In this document: positions 39,610 to 51,346 of the stretch, piece after piece
How the letters are laid out: every line of letters starts with the position of its first letter
Position numbering within the stretch: position 1 is the first letter of the stretch
Source: Myxococcota bacterium
GTDB lineage: Bacteria > Myxococcota_A > UBA9160 > UBA4427
Direction: 5' to 3'
DNA: 64,000 bases
Assembly (NCBI GenBank): GCA_965250285.1
Contig: OZ252299.1
Location: 2,080,001-2,144,000, forward strand
Position numbers and translations under genes: made by a program
Notes under the pieces: model-generated
What the model saw: only the letters and a program-made list of their open reading frames with translations
Databases searched by the model: none
What the model was told of the DNA's origin: nothing

Positions 39610-41049
39610 GTGGCCGCCACGACCGTTTCCGATTTCACCCAGCCGGCTTCGGCCTCTCGTCACCCGTGGCTTCGCCCCTGGGAGCGTCTGGTCGTGAAGC
39701 TCCGCAAGGGCCTCGGCCTCGCGCTGACGATCAACTTTCTGATTTTCTGGGCGGTGCCGATCTACGTGATGGGCGAGTCGTTCAACCGCTTTCTCCACTA
39801 CCTCTTGCGCCCAATCTACAACCTCGTCGACCGCAGCCCGCGCATTCGCACCTTCGCGCGCGAGCACGTCTACCGAAAAGAGGTCCACACCGACTACTTC
39901 GCGACGGCGCTCTTCTTCACCGCCGGCGCGGTGATCGCCCTGACGACGCTCTTCACCGTCCAGATCACGACGGGCGGACTGCCCTGGTGGCTGGTCGCGG
40001 CGTACTTCTTCTCGTGGGTCGGCTTCGGCGGTCGCGGCATGGGCGCGGCCTACACGTTCGCCCACCGCGAGGGCCACCTCGCCGGCGGCCGGATGTACAA
40101 GCCGTGGATCCGCGACCACATCGGCAATTTCTTCGAGAACTGGGGGGGCGTCTTCTACGGCGGGGTCCCGTACAACTTCTCGACGTCGCACAATCTGCTG
40201 CACCACCGCCTGAATGCCGGCAAGGGCGACCCCTTCTACATGTGGGATTTCGACCGAACCGACTTCTGGGGGCTGATGCTCTACCAATGGCGGATCTTCG
40301 TCTACATGACAGGCTGGAGCAGCCTGAAGGAGTTCCGCAAGCAACGCGACGTCAAGCGAATGGACGAGGCCTACCGCACGCTGCGCAAGGGCGCGCTGAT
40401 CTTCTGGGTGGCGACACCGTCGGTGATCCTCACGCTGCTGCTCGCCACGGGCAGCTCGCTGGGCGCAGCGCTGCTCTTCCTGTTCTTCGTGTGGTTCCAG
40501 CCGCTCTGCGCGATGTCGTTCTTTCTCGCGACGCTCAACATCGGCTTCCATGGCCTGATCGAGTTCGACGAGAACGGGCGCCACATCGAGTGCATCGCGG
40601 GCAGCACGATCCTCGGCGGCAAGGACGACTCGTTCGGCGAAGACGACCACATGGCCCATCACTACTTTGGCAACGTCGAGCACCGCGACCTGCCCGCGCA
40701 CCAGCACGACCAGGAGTCGCTCTGGGCCCGACACCACGCCACCGTCTTCAAGGAGCTCTCGATCATCGAGCTCGGCATCTTCATCCACTTCGGGCTGTGG
40801 GACATGCTGCTCGACAAGCACTACGTCGACTTTGCGGGCGATCTCAGCCGCGACGAGCTCAAGGCGCTGCTTCAAGCACGCGCCGAGCGCACCGAAATGG
40901 ACTACGAGGACTACGAATTCAGGTATCTACCGAACCTGCGCTCGACCGCACGTGAGCTCGTGCGCCGAGGCGTCTGCGAGACCGAGAACAAGGCCTACAT
41001 CTACCAGGCGCACCACAACGTGCAGTTCGATCTCAGCGTACCGAGCTGA
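39610..41049 (+). CDS. Membrane-bound His-box desaturase (fatty acid/sterol desaturase superfamily)
   Basis: HREGH, HNLLHH, HMAHH boxes with multiple TM segments; GTG 2 nt after the Rieske stop. Confidence 0.85.
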   Translation: MAATTVSDFTQPASASRHPWLRPWERLVVKLRKGLGLALTINFLIFWAVPIYVMGESFNRFLHYLLRPIYNLVDRSPRIRTFAREHVYRKEVHTDYFATALFFTAGAVIALTTLFTVQITTGGLPWWLVAAYFFSWVGFGGRGMGAAYTFAHREGHLAGGRMYKPWIRDHIGNFFENWGGVFYGGVPYNFSTSHNLLHHRLNAGKGDPFYMWDFDRTDFWGLMLYQWRIFVYMTGWSSLKEFRKQRDVKRMDEAYRTLRKGALIFWVATPSVILTLLLATGSSLGAALLFLFFVWFQPLCAMSFFLATLNIGFHGLIEFDENGRHIECIAGSTILGGKDDSFGEDDHMAHHYFGNVEHRDLPAHQHDQESLWARHHATVFKELSIIELGIFIHFGLWDMLLDKHYVDFAGDLSRDELKALLQARAERTEMDYEDYEFRYLPNLRSTARELVRRGVCETENKAYIYQAHHNVQFDLSVPS

Positions 41050-41097
41050 GTCTCAGGCCGGCCGCGGGACCACGCGCGCAGGTCGCGGGCACCTCGC

Positions 41098-42762
41098 CTA
41101 GGGCACGACCACGACGCCGTTTGCGCCGGGCGACTGCCCGGCTCCGCCCGACAGGTCGGTCTCGCCCCGAGATGCCGTTGCGGCAGCGATCGTGAGGTCT
41201 CCACCATCGCCACCGGCGGAGGCGAGCCGCTCGGGATCGCTGTTGCCACCGCTGAGATCGATCGCCGATCGCACGACGACGCGGCCCGATGCCTCGATCT
41301 CGTCGCTGCCGGCGGCGATCATCAGGTCACCGGCGTTCGAGCCGATGCGCGCTCCGTCTCCCCCCGACGTCGTGACTCGGTCGAAGCCGAGCCAGCGGAT
41401 CGACTGGCCGGTGGAGCCGTGGTCGTTGCGGATCATCGCCGCCACGCTGCCGCCGACGCCACCACGCGCAGTCGTATCGGCCACTGCAGAACCCCCGCCC
41501 ACGTAGACGCCGCCCGATACGGTGATGTCGCCGGCGCGCGGATCACCGGGGTCGACCAGCTCGTTGGTCTCGAAGTCGACGCGACCGCCACGGCCACCCT
41601 GAGCCGTCGGGCTCGCCGTCGAGCGGCCGCCATCCGCCCACAGGGCCCCACGGCTTCGAATCTCTCCGCCATGCGCCTCGAACGAGATGCGCCCGCCCTC
41701 GCCGCCGGGCCCGCCGGGCGAGGGGCCGCCGCGGCTCGTCAGCGACGCATCGTTCAGGATGCTGCCCCCGAGCAGCGCTCGCATCCACACGCGGCCACCG
41801 ATCCCGCCGAGATCGATCCCGTTGCCGCCCGAAGCGTCGATCGGGGCTGCGTTCAGGATCTGCTGATCGGCCACGAGCGTGACATCGGCCCCGGCTCCCC
41901 CGGTGCCCGAGGCCCCCGTACTCGCGCCGCCCCGAGCCCGGATCGCGCCGCGATTGCCGATCCAGCCCATCTCGTCGATCCCCTGGGCCGTCATCGTGAC
42001 GGCACCCGCGGCGCCGCCAGCGCCGCTCGACTGCGCGGCACCGTAGGACGAGATCGTGCCGAGGTTGATCAGCGCGCCGCCGGCCGTCAGATCGACGGCC
42101 CCACCCGCCTGACCCGGCTCGATGCCGTGCGCCTCGACGACGCCGTCGCCGATGTAGTTGCGCGCGGTGGTGATGCTGATCGATCCACGCTGGGTCGCAT
42201 CGACGTCGAGCACGGTGATCACGCCGTCGTTGATGACGTCTTGGCTGAAGACGAGCGCTGCGCCGGTGCCGACGTTGAGGGGCAGGGTCAGCGTGGCCCC
42301 ACGGACGACCTCGATGCCCGTCGCGATCGGGTCATCGGCATAGTTGGTATCGCCGTTCGAGATGCGAATCACCGTCTCGCCTTGCGGGATGTAGAGCGAC
42401 GTGTCGGGCAGCGTCTCACCCGGTGCGAGGATCCACAGCTCGAGATCCTCATCGATCACGATGCGAACCGGCCCGTACTCGGCCGCCGGGATCAAGAAGT
42501 CGAAGCCGGCGTCGGCGGCCCCGGAGTCGAGGATCTCGATGGCCGAGCCAGCGGTGCCGTCGGCGATCGTCACGTCGACGTTGCCGCCCATGGCACCGGC
42601 CTGCTCGATCTCGCCATTCGACCCGCTGCCGCCGCTCGTGTCGACGAGCACTTCAGTCACGCCGCCGCCGCCCTTGCAGCCGACGGCCGCGACCCAGACA
42701 GAGGTGAAGGCGACCGCGGCCAGGCGCGCCGCGCGCTGGCTCGTCGTGTGATTCCGGCCCAT
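41098..42762 (-). CDS. Gly-rich repetitive surface lipoprotein (beta-helix/adhesin-like)
   Basis: Lipobox AVGC; repeated GG(x)GGx(V/I) turns alternating with short beta strands. Confidence 0.7.
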   Translation of the reverse strand: MGRNHTTSQRAARLAAVAFTSVWVAAVGCKGGGGVTEVLVDTSGGSGSNGEIEQAGAMGGNVDVTIADGTAGSAIEILDSGAADAGFDFLIPAAEYGPVRIVIDEDLELWILAPGETLPDTSLYIPQGETVIRISNGDTNYADDPIATGIEVVRGATLTLPLNVGTGAALVFSQDVINDGVITVLDVDATQRGSISITTARNYIGDGVVEAHGIEPGQAGGAVDLTAGGALINLGTISSYGAAQSSGAGGAAGAVTMTAQGIDEMGWIGNRGAIRARGGASTGASGTGGAGADVTLVADQQILNAAPIDASGGNGIDLGGIGGRVWMRALLGGSILNDASLTSRGGPSPGGPGGEGGRISFEAHGGEIRSRGALWADGGRSTASPTAQGGRGGRVDFETNELVDPGDPRAGDITVSGGVYVGGGSAVADTTARGGVGGSVAAMIRNDHGSTGQSIRWLGFDRVTTSGGDGARIGSNAGDLMIAAGSDEIEASGRVVVRSAIDLSGGNSDPERLASAGGDGGDLTIAAATASRGETDLSGGAGQSPGANGVVVVP

Positions 42763-43058
42763 GGCCCCACTCCTCACGGCCATGGCGCGCGCATCGTCAC
42801 GCGCGGCCATGCCGGCCTCGCCCGGCGCTCATGCGCGCGGGGTCGGCGAAGTGGGGCCGCGGGCGGACCCGGGTCGGCCGGTAGCCGATCGCAGAGAGGC
42901 GCTCGCGGCCGGCGCACGCGCGCCGACGGCTTCTCATCGGCAGTCAGCGGGCGCGGCTGGAGACGCGGGCATCCGCGCCCCGCGCACCTGTACTCGAAAA
43001 TTCAAGCGCAGATGGAGGCCCATCGACGCGATGGGCAAGGCGCTGGGCCAATCGTGGC

Positions 43059-44350
<1,292 letters not shown>

Positions 44351-44354
<4 letters not shown>

Positions 44355-45958
44355 TGGCCCAGATCCACCAGCTCGACGCTGATCACATTGGGCAGCGCGG
44401 CGATGTTCTCGATCACCGAGCCCGGCGGCTGTCCATCGATGTTGACGAGCATGGCGGCCTCGTTGCGCTCGCGCACCAGCGCCAGCTGCATACGCGAGAT
44501 GTTGATGCCGGCTTCGCCGAGTGCCGTCCCGACGGTGCCCACGACGCCCGACTGGTCATGGTTGTGGACGAGCAGCGTCTGGCCCTCGGGAATCGCCTCG
44601 AGCATGAAGTCATCGAGCCGCACGATTCGGGGCTGGTCGCCGTGGAAGATCGCTCCCGAGATCAGGCGTTCGTTCGCACCCGACCCCGTCACGTTCGAGC
44701 CGCGAACGGTGACCGTGATCGCCGACGCGAAATCGCGCGGCTGAGTCGACTTGGTCTCGATGATCTTGATGCCGAGCTGCTGAGCGACGACGGGCGCGTT
44801 CACCATGTTGACGTTCTCGCGGGTCGGCGAGAGCAGACCGAAGAGCACGGCGATCGTGATCGGCGCGACGTCGAGGTCGGCAATCTCGCCGGCGTACTCG
44901 ACCTCGACCTGATCGATGTGGCTCTTGGCGAGCTGACCGTGGAAACGCCCCACCTTGCCGGCGAGCACCAGGTACGGCTCGACCTCCTCCATCAGCTCGG
45001 GCGAGACGCTCGGCACGTTCAGCGAGTTGCGGACGATGCCCTCGAGCAGGTAGTCGCGGATCTGCTCGGCCACGGCGACCGCCACGTTCACCTGCGCCTG
45101 CTCGGTCGACGCGCCGAGATGCGGCGTACAGATCACGTTCGGATGCGCGACGAGCGGATGGTCGTCGGGCGGAGGCTCTTCGACGAAGACGTCGAGGCCT
45201 GCGCCGCCGACCTTGCCGCTGTCGAGGGCCTCGAGCAGCGCCTCCTCGTCGACGATGCCGCCTCGGGCCGCGTTGATGACGAACACGCCGTCCTTGCACT
45301 TCGCGAAGGCCGCCTTGTTCAGGAGACCGGTCGTGCCCTTGGTCTTGGGCACGTGGACCGTGATGACGTCGGCGCGCTCGAGCAGCTCGTCGAACGACAC
45401 GAGTTCGGCACCGAGCTTCGCAGCGGCCTCGGGCGTGATGAACGGGTCGTGCACGATCACCTTCATGCCCAGCCCGGCCCCGCGAAGGCAGACGATCCGC
45501 CCGATGTTGCCCGCCCCGACGACGCCGAGCACACGGTTGTAGAGCTCCATCCCCTGGAACTTCTTCTTCTCCCACTTGCGTGCCTTCATCGAGGCGGTCG
45601 CCTGGGGAATGTGACGCGCGAGCGAGACCATGAGCGCGATCGCGTGCTCGGCCGTCGTGATGTTGTTGCCCTCGGGCGTGTTCACGACGACGACGCCGTG
45701 GTCGGTGGCGGCGGGCACATCGATGTTGTCGACACCGATGCCGGCGCGGCCGACGACCTTGAGCTTCTCGGCGCGGGCCAGAACCTCGGCCGTCACCTTG
45801 GTCGCGCTGCGGATGATCAGCCCTTCGGCGTCCCCGATCAGCTCGAGCAGCTCTTCGGGCGAGGTGCCCGGCTTGTTCACGACCTCGATCCCGGCCGTCT
45901 GTTCGAGAAGCTCGACGCCCTGGTCGGCGAGCGAATCCGTTACGAGCACCTTGGGCAA
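44351..45958 (-). CDS. serA: D-3-phosphoglycerate dehydrogenase (with ASB and ACT domains)
   Basis: GRAGIGVDN, GAGNIG, NAARGG, TPHLGAST, C-terminal ACT; TTG start after AGGAG. Confidence 0.96.
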
Positions 45959-46292
45959 CGGAAGATCTCCTGTCTGTCGGGGCGGGCCCAACGGCCGCGC
46001 TGCCCGGCGTGCGCTCTCGCGCTGGGTGTCACGCGTCGGTCCCACCGGCTCGCACGGGCCGGCGGCGCCGGGGCGGCCATGGAATGCGACGCATCGATCG
46101 CTACAACTCGCTCCAGCCCATGCGGCCGCGGCAGCCGCACTCCGGGAGCCGGTGTGTCGGATGATGGCCGAGACGGCCCGGTCACGCGGGGAGCCCCCCA
46201 CGACGCGACCTTTCCCGACCTGTTCCGTAGATCGCTCGCAGTGGATCCGCCCTAACCCCTTGATGGCCAAGGAGAATCGCACGAGCGCTGGA

Positions 46293-46321
46293 AGGGTGCC
46301 CCAGCCCCACCGCAGTGTCAA
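46293..46321 (-). promoter_or_regulatory. Possible sigma-70 promoter for serA-purA
   Basis: TTGACA-N17-CACCCT on the minus strand; weak -10 element. Confidence 0.3.
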
Positions 46322-46419
46322 CGCGACGCGCTGCAACACGGCGTGACGGCGGTCGCCGCACGCCCGAAGCGTGTATGGTCCGCTGCGAAGACGAACTCCG
46401 CGCGCCGAGAGAGCCCACC

Positions 46420-47718
46420 GTGTCCTCAGCTCCCACCCGCCACCCCGTGCAGCCGCGACCGGCGGTCGACGCCAGCGTCCGCGTGCCCGGTTCGAAATCG
46501 CTGACGAATCGAGCGCTTCTGATCGCGGGCCTCGCAGAGGGCGAGACGCGGCTCACCGGCGCGCTGTCGAGCGACGACACCGTGGTCATGCGCCAGGCCC
46601 TCGAGGCGCTGGGCGCTCGGGTCGACGATGCGCGCGATCCCTGGGTCGTCGTCGGCACGGCCGGCCACTTCGAGGCGCCCGGAGCCCGGCTCTACATTCG
46701 GAACTCGGGCACCTCGGCGCGCTTTCTGGCGGCGGCCGCGTCGCTCGCCGCCGGACCCGTGGTCGTCGACGGCAACGATCGCATGCGCGAGCGCCCCATC
46801 GTGCACCTCGCCGAGGGACTGCGCAGCCTCGGCGTCGATGTCACGATCGAAGGCCACGACGGCTGTCCGCCGATCCGCGTGGCGGGCGGTGGCCTGCCCG
46901 GCGGACCGGGCGAGATCGACGCGAGTCAATCGAGCCAGTACGTCTCGGCGCTGCTGCTCGCGGCGCCGTATGCAGACAAGGACGTCGAGCTCACGCTGAC
47001 CGGTGGCGCCGTCGTCTCGAAGCCGTACATCGACGTGACCCTGGAGTGTATGCGCGACTTCGGTGCCGAGGCCGACTGGACGAGTGATACAGGATTGCGT
47101 GTGCGCGCCGGCGCGACCTATCGCGGTCGCGACTACGCGGTCGAAGCCGACGCGAGCTCGGCGGCGTACCCGTTCTGTGCAGCCGCGATCGCCGGCGGGC
47201 GCGTCGCGGTCGAAGGCGTTCGACTCGATTCGCTGCAGAGCGACTTCGAGATTCTCGGCCTGCTCGAGCGCATGGGCTGCACCGTGAGCCGCACGGGCGA
47301 CACCGTCGAGGTGCGACGCCCGGTCGATACGCCGCTGCGCGCGCTCGGCACCGTCGACATGAACGCGTTCCCCGACGCCGTGCTCGCCTACGCGGTGGTG
47401 TGCCTGTTCGCCGATGGGCCCACGACCATCGAAGACATCTACAACCTGCGGATCAAGGAGACCGATCGCCTGGCCGCCCTCGAGAACGAGCTGCGCAAGC
47501 TCGGCGCCGAGGCCGAGACGGGCCGCGATTGGCTTCGCATCACGCCGCCCGCCGACTCATCGATGCTGCGAGGGGCCGAGATCGAGACGTACGACGACCA
47601 CCGCATGGCGATGGCCTTCTCGCTCGCGGGGCTGCGGGTGCCCGGTGTCGTGATCCTCGACCCCGGGTGCGTGAGCAAGACCTGGCCCGGCTACTTCGAC
47701 GTGTTCGAGAGCCTGTAG
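46420..47718 (+). CDS. aroA: 3-phosphoshikimate 1-carboxyvinyltransferase (EPSP synthase)
   Basis: PGSKSLTNR, NSGTSARF, SSQYVSALL, RIKETDR, DDHRMAM. Confidence 0.97.
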   Translation: MSSAPTRHPVQPRPAVDASVRVPGSKSLTNRALLIAGLAEGETRLTGALSSDDTVVMRQALEALGARVDDARDPWVVVGTAGHFEAPGARLYIRNSGTSARFLAAAASLAAGPVVVDGNDRMRERPIVHLAEGLRSLGVDVTIEGHDGCPPIRVAGGGLPGGPGEIDASQSSQYVSALLLAAPYADKDVELTLTGGAVVSKPYIDVTLECMRDFGAEADWTSDTGLRVRAGATYRGRDYAVEADASSAAYPFCAAAIAGGRVAVEGVRLDSLQSDFEILGLLERMGCTVSRTGDTVEVRRPVDTPLRALGTVDMNAFPDAVLAYAVVCLFADGPTTIEDIYNLRIKETDRLAALENELRKLGAEAETGRDWLRITPPADSSMLRGAEIETYDDHRMAMAFSLAGLRVPGVVILDPGCVSKTWPGYFDVFESL

Positions 47719-47720
47719 GC

Positions 47721-48506
47721 GTGGCCGTTGCGACCTTTCCCGACTCGACCACGAGGCTGTCCCGTGGCGCTCGACTCGAGGCGCGCGCCCTCGGACGCCG
47801 CTTCGGCGAGCTCGTCGCGCTCGATGCCCTCGACCTCGAAGTCGCATCCGGAGAGTCCTTCGGCCTGCTCGGCGCGAACGGCGCCGGCAAGACGACCTTC
47901 ATTCGCATGGTGCTGGGCTACCTGTTGCCTTCGTCGGGCAGCGTGTGGGTCGACGGACTCTCACCGACGACCCATGCCCGCGCTGTGCAGCAGCGCATCG
48001 GCTACGTGCCCGAGACGCCGCGCCTCTACCCCGAGCTCTCCGTACAGTCGTTCCTCGCGTTCGCCGCAGGCCTGCGCGAGCTGAGCGGCGCCGATGCGCG
48101 CGCCGCCGTCGAAGAGGTCGCGCACCGATTTCAGCTCGACGACGTGCTGCGCCGACCGATCGGCCATCTCTCGAAGGGCTATCGCCAGCGTGTGTCCCTC
48201 GCCCAGGCGTTCCTGCACGCACCGTCGCTGCTGATCGTCGACGAACCGTCGAGCGGGCTCGACCCGGTGCAGCGCCAACACGTGCGTGATGCCCTCGATG
48301 CGCTGCGCGGTCAATGCACGCTGATCCTCTGCACGCACGATCTCGGTGAGGCGCGAACGCTCACCGACCGCGTCGCGGTGCTGGCGCGCGGCCATTGCGT
48401 GGCGCTGGGCAGCAGCGCGGCCGTGCTCGACGTCGACGATCCGCTCGCGCTCTTCCGACGGGGCGCCGATCTGCACCTGGCCGGCTCACCGGAGGGCGCG
48501 GCGTGA
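47721..48506 (+). CDS. ABC transporter ATP-binding protein (GldA-like)
   Basis: GANGAGKTT, LSKGYRQR, VDEP. Confidence 0.92.
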   Translation: MAVATFPDSTTRLSRGARLEARALGRRFGELVALDALDLEVASGESFGLLGANGAGKTTFIRMVLGYLLPSSGSVWVDGLSPTTHARAVQQRIGYVPETPRLYPELSVQSFLAFAAGLRELSGADARAAVEEVAHRFQLDDVLRRPIGHLSKGYRQRVSLAQAFLHAPSLLIVDEPSSGLDPVQRQHVRDALDALRGQCTLILCTHDLGEARTLTDRVAVLARGHCVALGSSAAVLDVDDPLALFRRGADLHLAGSPEGAA

Positions 48507-49294
48507 TCGCCTTCCGCGCGCTCGTCCGCAAAGAGATTGCGGTGCTCTTCGGATCACCCGTGGCCTATCTCGTCCTGACCACGGTCGCGCTGCTCACGGC
48601 GATCACGTTCTTCGAACATCTGCGGCTCTACAACCACCAGCTCTTCCTGTACGCGTCGAGCAACATGGGCGGCTTCGAGTCGGACACGATCCCCGACTAC
48701 ATCAACCTGCGAGACACGGTCTTCTTCCCGGTCATGGAGCAGCTGGGCCTGCTGCTCTTGCTGCCGATCCCGCTGGTCACGATGGGCGTGTTCGCGCGCG
48801 AGCGCGCCGCGGGCACCGACGAGTTCCTGCTCACCAGCGGCCTGTCTCCCATGCAGCTCGTGGCAGGCAAGTTCTCGGTCACGTTCGGCTTCGTCGTGTT
48901 GATGATGGCGGTCGCGTTCATCTACCCGGTCACGGCGATCATGCAGGGCGGGATCGGTCTCCAGCACCTGTTCGCGGTCTTCACAGGGCTCGTGCTGCTG
49001 GGCGTCGGCATCGCGTCGATCGGGCTCGTTTGCAGTGCCGCCACCGACAGTCAACTCGTCGCGGCCGCGACCACGGTGGCAGGCGCCTATCTCTTCTACG
49101 ACTTCGGCTGGACCTACGGCTTCGTCGGCTCGGGCACGGCCGCCGTGCTCGACGCGATCTCGCTCCACCCTCATTTCGGTCACTTCTCAGAGGGCCTCGT
49201 GCGGCTGGCCGACCTCGTCTATTTCGCCGCCTTCGCCGTGATCTCGGCCGCGTGTGTGCGTTTTCTCCTCGAAGCGCGCCGGATCGGGGCCTGA
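48503..49294 (+). CDS. ABC-2 permease (GldF-like)
   Basis: KE...FGSPVAY, ERAAGT.EFLLT, GKF; multi-TM. Confidence 0.88.
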   Translation: MIAFRALVRKEIAVLFGSPVAYLVLTTVALLTAITFFEHLRLYNHQLFLYASSNMGGFESDTIPDYINLRDTVFFPVMEQLGLLLLLPIPLVTMGVFARERAAGTDEFLLTSGLSPMQLVAGKFSVTFGFVVLMMAVAFIYPVTAIMQGGIGLQHLFAVFTGLVLLGVGIASIGLVCSAATDSQLVAAATTVAGAYLFYDFGWTYGFVGSGTAAVLDAISLHPHFGHFSEGLVRLADLVYFAAFAVISAACVRFLLEARRIGA

Positions 49295-49295
49295 C

Positions 49296-50837
49296 GTGGG
49301 GGCCGGCCTGCCTGCACGCCTGCTGTGGATCGGCCTCGTCTGCCTGGCCTTCGCCCTCGCCGCCTACCGGATCCTGGGCGACGTCTCGCTCTTCATCGTC
49401 GCCAACGGCGTGGTGGCCGTCGCCGCGCTCGGCGCAGCCGCCTTGGTCACGCTCCGACGTGCCTCTGCGCCGCGTCCGAGTAGCCTGCGCGGGCCGCTCC
49501 TCGAGGCGGCGCTGCGCACGATCACCGCGATCTGGATCGCCGTGCTCGTCTTCCTCGCAGCCGACTGGAGCGGCATCCGTTTCGACTGGACCTTCGAGGG
49601 CGAGTTCGAGCTCGCCGATGCGACCACGCAGCTGCTCGACGGTCTGGCGCCGGGGGACGAAGCCCGCGCGACGCTCTACTACGACTTCGGCGACCCGCGG
49701 ATCCGCAACACCCGGCTCCTGCTCGAAGAGATGGCGTCGGGTCGGCCGGTCGAGGTGCGGCAGCGGCAGATCGACCAGTTCCCGCGCGACGAGGACCGTT
49801 TCGGCATCGGCTCATCGAACAGCGTGGTGCTCGAGCTCGGCAACCGGTGGACGATCATCGACCGGCCGAGCGAGGGCACGCTTTACGAAGGCCTCTCCCG
49901 CCTCGTGCACAGCCGAGCCCGCGTGATCTACGCCAGTACGGGCGCCGGCGAAGGCGATCTCGAACGCTTCGACGAAGGGGGCTTCTCGGGCCTGAGAGCC
50001 GCCCTCGAGACCGAGGGCTACGAGCTTCGCCCGCTGCCGCTCGCCATCGCCGACCGCGTTCCCGGTGACGCGGCGGCGGTGCTCGTGATCGGCCCAGAGC
50101 GCCCGCTGACCGGCCGCGGCCAGGCCGCGCTGCAGAGCTATCTCGACGAGGGCGGTCGGCTCGTGGCCTTTCTCGGCGACGCCCCCCTGCCCTCGCTCGA
50201 GTCGCTGCTCGCCCGACAGGGGCTCGTCGCTCAGCCGGGTCATGTCGTCGATCCGACGTCGGGCGCGATCGAGGGCGACGCCGCTGGGATCAATCCCGTC
50301 GCCTTCAACTACAGCGAACACCCGGTGTCGGCCGGCCTCGACTCGAATCGCATGACGTTCTTCCGACGCGCGCGCGCCTTCGTCCTGCGCAAGCAGAACG
50401 CAGATCAGCGCCTGCGTCCGGTCGTGCACGCGAGCGGTGACTCTTGGATCGACACCGCGCCGGCGACCGAGTGGTCTCGCGCGGCCCCCTCCCCACCCGT
50501 CGGCGCCCGGCTCGACTACTGGCCCCTCGTGGTGGCGAGCGAGACGCCCGGCGAAGCGGGAACGACGCGGGTCGTCGCGTTCGGCGATGCCGAGCTCGCG
50601 AGCAATCGCTACCTGCGGGCGCTCTTCAATCTCGACCTGGTCCTGAACGCCGTGCACTGGGTCACCGAGCAGGAGTCGCTGATCGCGCTTCGCCCGAAGC
50701 TCGGCGGCCGGCGACTGAACCAGTTCCCGGTCCCGCTCGAGTCTTCGCTGCAGGCGCTCTACGGCGCGGGGCTGCTCGTCCCTCAGCTGCTGCTCATCGC
50801 TGCGGGCTGGGTGTGGCTTCGCCAGCGCAGCGCTTGA
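49296..50837 (+). CDS. ABC transporter auxiliary component (GldG-like)
   Basis: RFDWT...ELADAT, GEGD, YLDEGGRL, FGDAE...NLDLVLNAVHW; C-terminal TM. Confidence 0.82.
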   Translation: MGAGLPARLLWIGLVCLAFALAAYRILGDVSLFIVANGVVAVAALGAAALVTLRRASAPRPSSLRGPLLEAALRTITAIWIAVLVFLAADWSGIRFDWTFEGEFELADATTQLLDGLAPGDEARATLYYDFGDPRIRNTRLLLEEMASGRPVEVRQRQIDQFPRDEDRFGIGSSNSVVLELGNRWTIIDRPSEGTLYEGLSRLVHSRARVIYASTGAGEGDLERFDEGGFSGLRAALETEGYELRPLPLAIADRVPGDAAAVLVIGPERPLTGRGQAALQSYLDEGGRLVAFLGDAPLPSLESLLARQGLVAQPGHVVDPTSGAIEGDAAGINPVAFNYSEHPVSAGLDSNRMTFFRRARAFVLRKQNADQRLRPVVHASGDSWIDTAPATEWSRAAPSPPVGARLDYWPLVVASETPGEAGTTRVVAFGDAELASNRYLRALFNLDLVLNAVHWVTEQESLIALRPKLGGRRLNQFPVPLESSLQALYGAGLLVPQLLLIAAGWVWLRQRSA

Positions 50838-50914
50838 GGCAGAACCGTCGGGCGACGCGCCGACGACCCAGTCGTCGCGATGGCTTCCGGCGGAACCGAA
50901 GTGACCCGCCCCGA

Positions 50915-51346
50915 CTATTGCGCGGGCTGCTGCGTCGCGATCGCGATGCCCTCGGCGCCGACGCGCTGAGCCATGTCGAGCACGTTCACCGCCTCACCGA
51001 GCAGGACGTTCTTGTCGCCCTTCAGCACGACGACCTTGTCGGTCGCTTGTGAGACGGCGCGACCGAGCGCGGCTTCGAGTCCCGCGTAGGGCACCTCGAG
51101 ATCGTTCACCTTGATGACGCCGTTCTCGGCGACCTCGACGGTCACACCCTCGGGCGGGGTCTGCTCGGCTTCGGTCGCCGACGGCAGATCGATGTTCTTG
51201 CCTTCGTCGTGCACCGCCGTCGTCGTCACCATGAAGATGATGAGCAACACGAGGAAGATGTCGGTGAGGGGTGTGACGTTGATCTCGGCGACGATCCCCG
51301 GATCTTCGTCGCTGCCGTCCTCGCCCGGAAGCGCCGATGCAGCCAT
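50915..51346 (-). CDS. exbD: ExbD/TolR family protein
   Basis: EINVTPLTDIFLVLLIIFMV, LPSA, KGDK. Confidence 0.92.
   Translation of the reverse strand: MAASALPGEDGSDEDPGIVAEINVTPLTDIFLVLLIIFMVTTTAVHDEGKNIDLPSATEAEQTPPEGVTVEVAENGVIKVNDLEVPYAGLEAALGRAVSQATDKVVVLKGDKNVLLGEAVNVLDMAQRVGAEGIAIATQQPAQ

Noticed and set aside
45960..46290. ZMP/ZTP riboswitch in the long serA-purA leader
   Set aside because: Only a partial CGCCGGGCA resemblance; the P1/P2 consensus and P3 pairing are not evident. An Rfam scan would settle it
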